A DNA stretch of 64,000 nucleotides, from contig CM120641.1 of assembly GCA_051362555.1 (NCBI GenBank), forward strand, positions 8,432,001-8,496,000. The letters run 5' to 3'. The translations under genes and the position numbers were made by a program. Origin of the DNA: Lingula anatina (taxonomy: Eukaryota; Animalia; Brachiopoda). This document shows, piece by piece, positions 53,901-64,000 of this stretch; the stretch's first letter is position 1; each line of letters opens with the position of its first letter. The notes under the pieces are model-generated. The model saw only the letters and a list, made by a program, of their open reading frames with translations. It was not told the origin of the DNA and searched no databases.

Positions 53901-56900
53901 TTTTACCCTCCACACAATTCACATGAAGTATTCAGTTCTAAGCTGGAAAATTTTGGAGGAAGCAGTGTTCCTCTGAATTGATTTCTAAACAATTTCTCAA
54001 AGTTTCAATGATTTTCAGTTCTAATGTTCTAAAACATTTTATTTCTAAAAAATTCTATGTAGCAATGACAAACCCATAAGTATACTTTCAGACACAAATA
54101 CAAAAAATCCAATACAATTACTTAATCCCCATCCAGCCTACACGTGCAGTAAATATCCCTTACAAACAGGTTGCTATGGAGAAACTCCAGAAAGAATTTA
54201 ATCCAAGACTGCATCATGGTAATTACTGCTATTCAGATAGAATTATTCATACCATCCACTGCTAAGAAGATTACAAATGCACCCATTTTTCTTTAATAAG
54301 TGAAACTAGTCTCATTACTGAAGATATTGCAAATATCTGCATAACCCCAAAGACAATCAGTCATTTTACAAATCATTTCTCCTCAATTTTTGTGTATTCT
54401 GAACATTTCAGTATAATACCAATTAATGCAAGAAATAGTCGGTTCATCATCTTCAAATCAAGAAGCTTTCTCTTTATGATCAATTTTCATTACTGATTAT
54501 TTGAGTCAAAAGGCCAAATACTGTATTCTGACCACTAATATTCTTTACCAGAATTACCAACTTAAACTCAGGCATCAGACCAATTTACATGAGCATGATG
54601 GTCAAAATGATGTCTAAGGTATATTTTCTTTTGATGTAGTAGCATGGGTGTTGAGATTTAGAACTTTTGTCATCTAAAACAAAGACCAGGACAAAGTCTA
54701 AGACCATTGCTGATCACAACCCAAATGAGAATGTTAGCCTAAAATTATTCATTACATATCTGGTCTTTAAGTCGGTCTTAAAAAAAGGGATAATGACTCT
54801 TCAAGATTTCTATATCTGATCCAGCTGACACTTAACATACTCATATCTCTTTCATATGTAACGGAAGTTTTATTTAGTTATTCATTTTTAATTTTTTAAT
54901 TCTAATTCTAATATTTCTATAATCACTGGATAATGAGGAGAGAGTATCTATACAAGAACCAGTTTTTATATTGTTTCATGATATATTTAACTAGATGTTT
55001 TCTAGCAATTTCATGAAATTGTCATGGTAGAACAGTTAAATACTCTTAAAAGATTATTTAATAATAATTATTATATATACATGTTGAAATGTTGAAACCA
55101 GGCAGTTGATAAATACTCTGAGAAGAATCAGATGATATAATACAGAATACATGAAGGATAGTATTTCATAAATTTATATACCCTTCAAGTGTAGATAATA
55201 GATGGTGTCACCTTATTTTCCTGACTGAACACTGAAAATTGATCTCATGCACAAAACGTTCACACTGTCAAACAAGGCCATGACAATCGTCACTTAGAAA
55301 AACAAATTCCCAATCACTCCCACTGTCATTACCAAAAAATTCAAAGGTCTGTTTGGCTCATTTGAGCATTTATTAAAAATCTTTTCATAACTGACAGCTA
55401 CACAAAATACACCAATTGACCTAAAAATAGGTCCCCAAATATGCCTGGTTGTTATAAAATGGATACATGAAGTTTTACACTTCATAAAAATGTAAAATGA
55501 GTTACAAGGCACAGAGGCAGGTGCATCCAAAGGTTGCTAATCAAATCTATAGTTCATTAAAACGATTTATGTCGCTGAAATAATCATCTTCAGCCACAAG
55601 TGAAAAGTGTACTAAGCTACATACCTTTTTTCTAATATCTTCATCATTAGCTGCAAGGGAAGCAAACACTCTGAAAGCCGCTTGTCGGAGCTCAGAAGCA
55701 CAGATAAAATCTTTATCAGGCTAAAAGATAAGAAAGTGAAAATTAAAAAATCCACAGGTCACACACAGTTCAATATCAAATACTGTGCTTCTGGAGAACT
55801 AATTAGGGTTTCTTAGATATATTGATTGAGTGTACAGCACAGTCCCAAGAAATTAAGATGTCTCATTTTTCTTTTTAATTCTGTAATCAACTATTACAGG
55901 AGGAGAATAGGAATGTCTATTTATTCATTTTACATATATTTCTTTAATCCTAGAGATATGTATCCTTTATTAAGTTCACACATTTAATTCTCCATATACT
56001 GAAGTAATATGGCATGACTAGAATGCTCAATAATTGCTAGTCATGAAACTGATCAAGGGTTTCTGGATTCTAACTTAGAATGATGAGAATTTAGACCTTT
56101 GACTTTTTTTTATAAGATTTGTTCTCCAGAGAAATATTTATAAAATTATTCCTACTGCACCAAAGGTCATTTTCACTGAGAAATAAGTACACGTATCGTA
56201 ATCCTTGCAATACAATATCTTTCATCACATTTTGACTGATATGTTATGCAAATTGCATGTTTCAGAAAATATATTCAGTGACCTGCAGAATCACTACAAC
56301 TCCCCTTATTCTGAGAAGCAGAACTCTGGAGCAATATACATACTCATAATTTCCTCTATAACATCAAGAGATTGGCAAATGACATGTAAAATATAATATA
56401 AATATATTGCTATCCGAGTTACCTTGGCAACAGGCAACTAATTGACTGGACTAATATTTCTAATGACAAACACAATCATGCCAATGCATCTCACCTAACA
56501 CAACTGTAGCATGTTCAGTTTAAAAATTGAAGGTCAAGAGTTGAAAGGTTGTAGAACCCATCACCCATTGCCTCTCAAACTGGCAAGGCGAGCTGAACCT
56601 ATCACAGTCCTGGTCACTAAATTATCCCCCCCCCAAACCCCCGAGTCATGCCACTTTGACCGACTCAAAACAACAGATTTTCATATTTTAACTGCTTGTA
56701 GCATGAGAATTTATCAGATAAATTTTGTCAAAAAAAAATCCTCCAACACAATAAACAAAAAAAAGGAAACTCTAGCATCTGTATATCTTCTTGAAATTCT
56801 TACCTCTTCACCCTTCTTATAAGAATCATTCATCCCAAGCAATGGTGAGTACCTGAAATACTCAGCCAGCGTTTTTATGAGGTGGTCAGACACACTGGCC

Positions 56901-59280
56901 ATCTGCTGTAAGTCCATGTCCACCTCTGTTAAATAGGCCAGAGTCTCTGCACCTTCCACCCTGTCTGATACACTCTTGTCTTTCTTACACATCCTAACTA
57001 GGGTTGGTAGAGTCTGGAGAATTACAGATATATGTGTTAACAAAGAAAGCAACAAATGATCTCTTATTTGCATATTTGATTTAATCTGAACCATCCAGCA
57101 TTTCTATTAAAAATAATTATGTTGACTTTTGTTTTAAATAAAATAAACTGTCTAAGGAAAAAGAAAACCATGGCTTGCAGCAGCAATAACTTACAACATA
57201 AAACCTATACATGATAATAAACTGAAGCGTGAGTAGATATTTATTAATTTCTTGATGACAACCTGAAGTATAACAGCTTCTTGTTTCAGTGTAGGACACA
57301 ACCTAGGTGTGGCTAAATAATAGCCTAGCTAAGACAGAGCACTCTGCATATTTCTTTAGTGAACAGAAATGATAAAAACTTAATTTACTTTTGGGGAAAA
57401 AAAGGCAAAACTGACAAAATACAGGTTTCAGTAAATACCTTCATTGTAATGATAGGATCATGAGGATCTATTGCACCAGCTCGGCATAAATAAGTTAAAC
57501 TTTTGGCAGCTGCAATCTGCATCTCTATACTTCTGTCCCTGGTTAAGCACTGTGCTATCAAGTCTGGGATCCTCTCTCCACAATAGGAAGCTGAAACAGC
57601 ATTGGTGACTGTACATATATAAGTGGTGGAAAGAGGAAATTATTATTTCTATTGCATGACTTTTCAGTTTAATATAAGAATTTTGCAGGGGTTAAATGTT
57701 TTTAAACACCAGTATCATCTTACTAACCTGTTGCCACTGCTATGGACACTTGATCATTCTTGTAGCACAACTGAGCAAAACATTTTAATGCAGGCATCTG
57801 AACCTAAGTGATAAAAAATATTTCAAAGTTATATGACAGCATGTCTCTTTAAGATATAAACTACTGACATTTAAAATTTTCAATTGAAAAATATTTTGAA
57901 AAATTGTTTTTGTCTTAAATATCTTGTTTCATGAACCTGCCAATGTTTTTGGCAAATGTTTTTTTCTTTACAAGTGGGAAATACAAATTTCAATCTGAAA
58001 AAAAAAAATTTGTAAAACATAAAACAAGGGCTTTTGAACCCTGTCTTGACCATTACCTTGTATACATTTGAGCAGAGAAGAGGTGCCAGGGCTATGATAG
58101 CACCACTACTGCACAGCACTGCCTGGTGTTCTTCTGTCTGCAACAGAAAAATTCAACATTCACTGGAAATCCCCCTTTTTTGTGATACAGTTTGTTTTAT
58201 CTATGAATTCTGCTTGTCTGTAATACATAAATCATACCCATGTTTTTGCTGTTCAAAATCATCCTTAAATTTAACATGAAGTAAAAATTCTGACTTGTTA
58301 TTTGGCACAAAATCTAGTGAGGAATATTACATCTTCCAATTGACATCATGGAGTTATGTAGCAGAGAATATTTTAACATCGTTCTTATAAATGAAAGGGA
58401 TAATACCACCGATTCTATTGATTCTCCAAACAGCCCACCCTGAAATACTTCATATGACCTACTTAAAAATCTATTTGTATTGCTACTTGCACTTTAATTT
58501 TATCAAAAACAGGCCATCTTCTATTCTTGCTTCATACCTACCTTGCAGCAGTGTGCCAAAATGTTGGTAACACATTCTTGTGTGCCTGCTGATAGGGACA
58601 TGATAGAAATGAGGTGTGGGATTGTACTGGCATCCTGACATATTAAAAATAATAACAATACAGATTAATGTAGAAATCTACCGCATACTCATGAACCTGC
58701 CCACCCACACAGATCCTTAACACAAACAAACAAGCTAGATAATCGTGATAAAAATAAGATGGCATAAAAAAATACCTAGAATAGTATATTTTCAATTCTT
58801 ATGATACATCGATTTTAAGTTAACAGCAATTATTAAAATGCCAAAAAGAGAAGGCTGAAAATTATATAGTTATTACCTGGTAAACATACTCTATTGGAGA
58901 CAAAGGACTAATAAATATTGTTCTCAAACACCGTAAACAGGCTTCCACATACTTCAAATCTGGGCGACACAGACCTGAAAAATTTAATTACATCACTTTG
59001 CTATCAAAATTGGTCATATTCTTGAAGAACAATGGACTAAAAAGTTAAACAGCTAAAATATGAAAAAAAAGAGAGAAAGGCACTTTATTTGGTTTCCTTC
59101 CATCAAATTCACAAATGAAATTTAAAAAAAACAATACAACATAAATCTATGCAATAGTATTAAAAAACTAAATCTAAATCAACTAAATCTAAGTGGTACT
59201 AAACTAATACATAATAATTTTTAAAATCACACACAGTACTGTACTATCAATATATGTTTGGAGAATTTTAATGAAGAGGT

Positions 59281-59364
<84 letters not shown>

Positions 59365-61384
59365 CCAGAGGGTGTCTAACTTCACAAGTTGGGGGCCCTT
59401 GATCAATAACATGCTACAAATAAATCATGGTAATTACCTTTCAGCATGACAGTGACTGTGCCAATATCAATAAGAGACTGTATGTTTTCCAGGGTTCCCT
59501 TAGCCAGGCTGCCCAGCACCACAGCAGACTCCACCCTAAGCTCTGTGCTGCTCTGATCATCAAGCATGAATTGTAGGAGCCTGGAGGTAAAACAAAGTAT
59601 AACACCATTTCAAAACATAAACAAAACTATGCCTAGCTTTGACCATGAATAATTTTTTTCTAAGAGAACAATTTTTAAGTTAAGAAAATCTGGTATAGGA
59701 TTATTTGAAAAATACTGAAAACCACCTTGGGTTCAGTTAAAAAAACATGTTTTGTGGGTAACCAGTAATCTTGATTAAATAATACATCAGAATATATAAG
59801 GTTTTTGAAGTAGCTACCGGATTTGTTACTAAAATGAAAATACTTCAAATATAAAACCTAACAAAATGGTAAACATCAAAAGATCTTCACATGAATACCA
59901 ACACAATTAATAAAGTCTTTAAAGATACTCTGTCACTACACCAGGCAATTTCCCAATCTTTAATAGGACAGAACTCAATGTATTCTCAGTGACAACCCAC
60001 CTTGGTACTACCCCCATGTTTATAAGCTGAGCTTTTTGTTTATTGTTTCCAATAGCAGCATTTTTCATGGTTCTGAAAAATAAAACAACCATACATTTCT
60101 TAAACAATTAAGTGCATTTTCATGGGGTATTATTAATCTTTTTTACATTTTATATAATTTCAATGAAGTGATCAAAATACACATATTGAATCAAAGGTTA
60201 TTTGTGTTCACATCTTAGGATTCTTGACACACTTTCATGTAAATGGTGTCTTTTTTTTCTGACACGGTCAGAGTGACTGTGTCAGAAAAAGGAGACCACT
60301 AAATAAATTAGGGAAAATCAAATACTACTGCATTGATGAGAAATAAATACATAATTCTTACACTACTCCTTGAAGCCAATTGTCTGGATCCTGCCCAAAT
60401 ACTTCTTCCAGAAAGCTGCCATATCCATCAACCTCCTGAAGTGCAAGAAATAATTATATATTAAATATCATGTATACCTATTTAAAAATCTATTGGTATG
60501 TCTAGGCAAACTGATTGTGATTCAAAAACAAGATCTAAAATAACAATTCTAATCTGCTAAATACCATGAAACCTTTTTTCACAGGATTGCACTGAAAAAT
60601 ATAAAAAACCTATATTCAACTCAATGAAAATGAAAAAAATGCCAACCAACTATAATGCTATTGCTGTGTTTCAAACTGATTATTATGCCTGATGTTGTGT
60701 GTATCAACATAACCTGAATGGCTGGCAGAAAGAGCCCAGGAGAAACTGCCAGCAACTCTTAGGAAAATGAGGGGTCAGCATACTGCAACTATCTCATAGA
60801 TGGCTAATAACAACTTACAGATCCTAACATTGCTCAACATGTAAATTCTGGATGACATTTTATAGAATGAATTTACTTGTTAAAAAAAACAAATAACTGG
60901 CATGCTGTTGTTTTGAACTGGCCAACTGGTTATCTGCCACTGAGTCTAGCCTATTTTAAAAGCAGTGATACATTTCACAAAACACATTTCAATTTAGAGG
61001 TATAAATGATTGAAGTAATGTGAAATTTTCAAAAGATCCTTCAGCTTCATTGAAGAGGCCTTTGCACCACCCTACTTTGGTAATCCCTTAGATGTTATTC
61101 AGATAAAAGGCTATTAGCCTTGAGTCCATATTTTCCAAAAGGAAAAGAGTCGCATCTTAAAGTGAATAATGTGTTAATTTGACGGGGTACTGGTAGAGCC
61201 AAAGCCTGGCAATAGGCTTTACAAACTGTTACTAACAAGATACGGGAAGAGATTACCACACGGTTCAGGCAGAATGTTAATAAAAAGTAATTACAAGTGT
61301 ACATTATATGAAACAAGTAAACCTTTTCACCATACGGAACAAATACTTTTCTATAAATAGCATTACCATGTTAGGCGGAATCAT
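36287..61384 (-). CDS. ARMC8: Armadillo repeat-containing protein 8 (GID5, CTLH complex), complete 20-exon gene
   Basis: 20 GT-AG exons join into 1998 nt (665 aa + stop). Recognisable ARMC8 segments: [31 protein letters not shown]...[66 protein letters not shown]. Confidence 0.95.
36734..36827 (-). CDS. ARMC8: ARMC8 exon 19
   Basis: [30 protein letters not shown]. Confidence 0.92.
37287..37359 (-). CDS. ARMC8: ARMC8 exon 18
   Basis: [24 protein letters not shown]. Confidence 0.93.
38121..38216 (-). CDS. ARMC8: ARMC8 exon 17
   Basis: [32 protein letters not shown]. Confidence 0.94.
41184..41398. mobile_element. PIF/Harbinger-type MITE
   Basis: TAA|GACTGCATTCCCACA...TGTGGGAATGCAGTC|TAA, subterminal TTTAGATCGATC inverted pair. 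Confidence 0.8.
42105..42280 (+). mobile_element. Degenerate tRNA-derived SINE
   Basis: A-box-like TGGCCTTGTGG (42113) and B-box-like GGTTCTATTGC (42157) at tRNA spacing, followed by a non-tRNA body (GGACATACCAG...AAACGGAACCTGCC) reminiscent of conserved SINE central domains; 3' end uncertain. Confidence 0.45.
44458..44740. mobile_element. Palindromic PIF/Harbinger-type MITE
   Basis: GGTCGTATTCAGAAC...GTTCTAAATGTGGCC with inverted arms throughout (CAAATATGGC, CATAATCCCCTAA); flanks TTA/TAA. Confidence 0.72.
44920..45015 (-). CDS. ARMC8: ARMC8 exon 16
   Basis: [32 protein letters not shown]. Confidence 0.95.
46155..46304 (-). CDS. ARMC8: ARMC8 exon 15
   Basis: [11 protein letters not shown]...[26 protein letters not shown]. 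Confidence 0.95.
46729..46821 (-). CDS. ARMC8: ARMC8 exon 14
   Basis: [11 protein letters not shown]...[10 protein letters not shown]. Confidence 0.95.
47676..47762 (-). CDS. ARMC8: ARMC8 exon 13
   Basis: [29 protein letters not shown]. Confidence 0.95.
47859..48750. mobile_element. PIF/Harbinger-type non-autonomous element (~890 bp)
   Basis: GGCTGCATTCACAAC...GTTGTGAATGCGGTC, subterminal AAATATGGC pair as in 44458-44740; flanks TAA/TTA. Confidence 0.68.
49551..49758. mobile_element. MITE with ~32-bp TIR
   Basis: CCCCCTTTACACTGGACAGCGTCCTTTCTGCA...TGCAGAAAGGATGCTGTCCAGTGTAAAGGGGG, flanked by TTAA on both sides. Confidence 0.8.
50862..50933. repeat. Compound (CT)n(CA)n microsatellite
   Basis: Direct inspection. 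Confidence 0.95.
51295..51459 (-). CDS. ARMC8: ARMC8 exon 12
   Basis: VIETENLMD...[31 protein letters not shown]. Confidence 0.95.
52542..53668. mobile_element. Older MITE interrupted near its terminus by an inverted younger copy of the same family (52576-53121)
   Basis: Inner copy ATT|AGTCCCATTTACAC...GTGTGAATGGGGTT|ATT; 52542-52575 plus 53125-53668 reconstitute a diverged reverse-complement copy flanked by ATT/AAT. Confidence 0.78.
55625..55720 (-). CDS. ARMC8: ARMC8 exon 11
   Basis: [36 protein letters not shown] bounded. Confidence 0.93.
56804..57013 (-). CDS. ARMC8: ARMC8 exon 10
   Basis: [11 protein letters not shown]...[13 protein letters not shown]...LAEYFRY, GT-AG bounded. Confidence 0.92.
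57439..57590 (-). CDS. ARMC8: ARMC8 exon 9
   Basis: ...[24 protein letters not shown]..., GT-AG bounded. Confidence 0.93.
57728..57803 (-). CDS. ARMC8: ARMC8 exon 8
   Basis: [29 protein letters not shown] bounded. Confidence 0.92.
58057..58137 (-). CDS. ARMC8: ARMC8 exon 7
   Basis: [31 protein letters not shown] bounded. Confidence 0.92.
58542..58634 (-). CDS. ARMC8: ARMC8 exon 6
   Basis: DASTIPHLI...[18 protein letters not shown] bounded. Confidence 0.92.
58877..58974 (-). CDS. ARMC8: ARMC8 exon 5
   Basis: [27 protein letters not shown] bounded. Confidence 0.93.
59283..59363. repeat. (AT)~40 microsatellite in ARMC8 intron 4
   Basis: Direct inspection. Confidence 0.95.
59438..59580 (-). 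CDS. ARMC8: ARMC8 exon 4
   Basis: LLQFML...[13 protein letters not shown]..., GT-AG bounded. Confidence 0.93.
60001..60072 (-). CDS. ARMC8: ARMC8 exon 3
   Basis: [28 protein letters not shown] bounded. Confidence 0.93.
60362..60435 (-). CDS. ARMC8: ARMC8 exon 2
   Basis: cag|[24 protein letters not shown]|gtaag. Confidence 0.88.
61367..61384 (-). CDS. ARMC8: ARMC8 coding exon 1 (MIPPNM)
   Basis: ATG ATT CCG CCT AAC ATG|gtaatg; phase 0 matches exon 2. Confidence 0.7.
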
Positions 61385-61731
61385 AGTGAAAACCAAGAGA
61401 GCTTTCGTTGTCCTGACCTTGGTCTCGTTCTCAGTTATAAATAGAGTTCCTCACATTCGGGCTAAATTTTAGTTTCTCAATAATTTTTGTATAATTTTAA
61501 GTGATTTTAGTGTACAATATGCTAATATATATCTTTATTTGGAATATGTATCTTTTTATAGTAATTTTTTTCGATAAGTATATGATAAAGCGATAAAATG
61601 TAGTTATGTAGTTTGGTATCGAACTGAATTAAAGACCAAGATCGACTCCATCACCGGCGGGAGCTTTGTATTTAGGGGCCGGTTGTTTACGCATGTTTTT
61701 GTTTAGTGATTTTTCGGTCGTTTAAATCAAG
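61385..61731. promoter_or_regulatory. Putative bidirectional promoter and 5' UTR region shared by ARMC8 and DBR1
   Basis: Divergent start codons 61384 (-) and 62343 (+); locally more CpG; likely DBR1 5'-UTR intron from donor aag|gtaggt (after 61731) to acceptor tatctag| (62327). TSSs are inferred. Confidence 0.55.
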
Positions 61732-61854
61732 GTAGGTACCTAAAATATTGCAAAGCAAAATTATAGAACTTCTAGTCAAACTTGTGACTCGTAGAATTAA
61801 TGGAAAAAACTGAAAAGGTCTAGATCATACTGATTTGCTTTCACTGGGGTCCAC

Positions 61855-61987
61855 TGGCTTCAATTTCAACTTCGGCCTCGACTCGAAAGTTAAAAATCGT
61901 AACAAATCTTTTTGTGTGTATGAGTCGCATCAGGGCGAAGACTTTGTTCCGACTCTCGAGTCGAGGCCGAAGTTGACGGTGAAGCCA
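61855..61987. mobile_element. Small MITE-like inverted repeat (133 bp)
   Basis: TGGCTTCAATTTCAACTTCGGCCTCGACTCGA versus its reverse complement at 61956-61987 (3 mismatches in 32 bp). Confidence 0.6.
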
Positions 61988-62342
61988 TCTTGATGGCATA
62001 ATTTCCAAAATGAAGCCTTGAAGGGGTGAAATAAGATTCTGTTCAGTATGATGGATTTTCAGTTGCAAAAGTTCATCTTGCTTTTTACCAAAACTAACAA
62101 CCCTTCCTGAAGGTTATTAAAAGTAAGTGTGGAATCTATGAATTGCATAAACAAATATCTCATTTGTTAAGTACTATAGTCACTGAGATTACGATTGACT
62201 GGTAAAAAGTAAAAAAAAAATTAGAAACCTTTTCTCCTTGTTTATTTTCAAGTATTATTACATTTGAATAGAGCAAAAATTTGTTAAGCCATAAATGAAA
62301 ATATGATTTATGATTTTTTTTATCTAGTTTTACCATCAAAAA

Positions 62343-62539
62343 ATGAAGATAGCCATAGAAGGTTGCTGCCATGGAGAATTGGATAAGATTTATGAAACCA
62401 TAGAACATCTTTCCAAAAAACAAGGGATCAAAATTGACTTGCTGCTAATATGTGGCGACTTTCAAGCAGTGAGGAATACAGCAGACTTACAGTGCATGGC
62501 AGTACCTCCAAAATATCAGCAGATGAACACATTTTATAA
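62343..62539 (+). CDS. DBR1: DBR1 coding exon 1
   Basis: ATG AAG ATA...TAT AA|gtatgt; GCCHG and CGDFQ motifs. Confidence 0.95.
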
Positions 62540-63367
62540 GTATGTTATACTTCTTCAAAAGAAAACGATTTTCAACAAGTTACACACAGCTGTATCAATG
62601 TTAATACAAGCAAAATGTCTGCTGTATTTTTTATATATAATCTATCACTTCTCCAGCATATGAACAATTAAAGAATATTAAACGTTAAATTTTGTGGTTT
62701 ATAAATACATGTTCTTCTATCAGATACTATGGTGGAATCAAGGCCCCTATCCCTACTGTGTTTATAGGAGGTAACCATGAGGCCTCCAACTACCTCCAGG
62801 AGCTGCCATATGGAGGATGGGTGGCACCTAATATTTATTATATGGGTAAAACTCATCTTAAGATTATTTCACATTTTGTAATTGGCTTTCTTTTTTTTAT
62901 TTGAGGAATTAAAGTCTTTCAAGGTTGGGAAAACTTTATATGTCCTCTCACACTTAATCACTAAATACTTTTTATAGGTTAACCATGTTTTCTGTTCATA
63001 TTACAAGACAGTCATGCTTGAATTCATTTCTGCAGTTGGGTATCTTTTCCTTTCTTTCTTTGTTTGATAAGAATTGCTTTTCTTTAAGGATATGCCAGTG
63101 TGTTGCGTTTTGGAGGTGTACGGATAGCTGGTCTATCAGGTATCTACAAATCAAGAGATTATGCCAGAGGTAAGTGAGCATGTCTTCGTCTCCCTTTTTC
63201 TCTACTAACACCATTGACTATGCCCCTGTTTAATGTTAACTTTATTGTTGCCTTACAGACACCTACTGGTAATATTTTCAGGTCATTTTGAGAAACCACC
63301 ATATACAGAAAATACTAAGAGATCAGCTTATCATGTTAGGAACGTGGAAGTGTTCAGACTAAAGCAG
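62343..63367 (+). CDS. DBR1: Lariat debranching enzyme DBR1, first four coding exons (continues past the window)
   Basis: Exons 62343-62539, 62724-62845, 63089-63169, 63282-63367 give 162 codons with metallophosphoesterase motifs [48 protein letters not shown] and the lariat-recognition region GHFEKPPY...RSAYHVR. Confidence 0.96.
62724..62845 (+). CDS. DBR1: DBR1 coding exon 2
   Basis: atcag|A TAC...ATG G|gtaaaa; GGNHE motif. Confidence 0.95.
63089..63169 (+). CDS. DBR1: DBR1 coding exon 3
   Basis: ttaag|GA TAT...AGA G|gtaagt; [14 protein letters not shown]. Confidence 0.94.
63282..63367 (+). CDS. DBR1: DBR1 coding exon 4
   Basis: ttcag|GT CAT...AAG CAG|gtaaaa; HFEKPPY...RSAYHVR...FRLKQ. 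Confidence 0.94.
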
Positions 63368-64000
63368 GTAAAAATAAGTGCACTGCTGTCTAGAAGTGCT
63401 GAGCCTATGGCCTTCTGTAAAGGCTGCTTATGTAGAAGTGCTTTCAAGTCGCACATACACATGATTGGTATTGCAAATGCTACTTCTTATGTGTTGCCAA
63501 AAGAAGGTATGTAATCCCATGCTTATAGAAGCCTTTTGTGCGGTAGGATATTTGTATCTCATTCTTTCTCTTTTTTCTGGTTGAAGACCTGTCTTGGAAA
63601 AAAGTCATAAAGATAGCTGTCCTTTTTTTTAGTCTTGTGCCATAGATTGCATTTTAATTCACCTTAGAAAACACAAGCAGTTGTGCTTTCTAAAAGCAAT
63701 CTTTTAAAATCTACAGTGAATTTCGCTGAGACTATTCCCCCAAGAAAAAATCTTCTCAAAAATATTTAAGAAAAGCCCATAATAATACTTCAAATATCAT
63801 TTAGCTTGACATAAAGTCTACTTGACATACTAGTGAACTTCACATTCAGCATATTTAAAACTTTAAAACTCATGGAAATATACAAGTTATGTTGCATTTA
63901 TATTTTGAGGCACTGATGGCATATTCCTTGTCCAGTTGTGAAGACTTAGCTCAGTGCTGTTCTATCTCATTAGACCCGGTGATGAGTTGAAACTTTTTCC

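Noticed and set aside
59227-59449. ORFs with (IY)n runs on both strands
   Set aside because: Translation of an (AT)n microsatellite.

Overview
AT-rich, intron-rich animal genomic DNA; the repeat types and gene structure suggest a lophotrochozoan or other marine invertebrate (inference). Three spliced genes can be reconstructed by hand. (1) The 3' part of an Elk/Kv12 (KCNH8-like) voltage-gated K+ channel on +, from S4 to the stop at 33108; its PAS and S1-S3 exons were not found and probably lie upstream. (2) A complete 20-exon ARMC8 (GID5, CTLH E3 ligase subunit) on -, 665 aa, convergent with the channel. (3) The first four coding exons of the lariat debranching enzyme DBR1 on +, head-to-head with ARMC8 (start codons <1 kb apart), the same neighbourhood as in human. 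The introns are full of non-autonomous mobile DNA. The largest is a 6.4-kb self-nested Helentron-associated (HINE/DINE-1-like) complex with 146-bp tandem repeats; these form a 4-mer higher-order repeat and each unit carries a perfect AGGTCA DR1. Also present: an IS3EU-like MITE, a fold-back mariner derivative with a near-perfect 252-bp palindrome nested inside, many PIF/Harbinger-type MITEs, a self-inserted inverted MITE pair and a probable tRNA-SINE. No CRISPR, rRNA or true tRNA genes were found. Most short ORFs in the track are noise.
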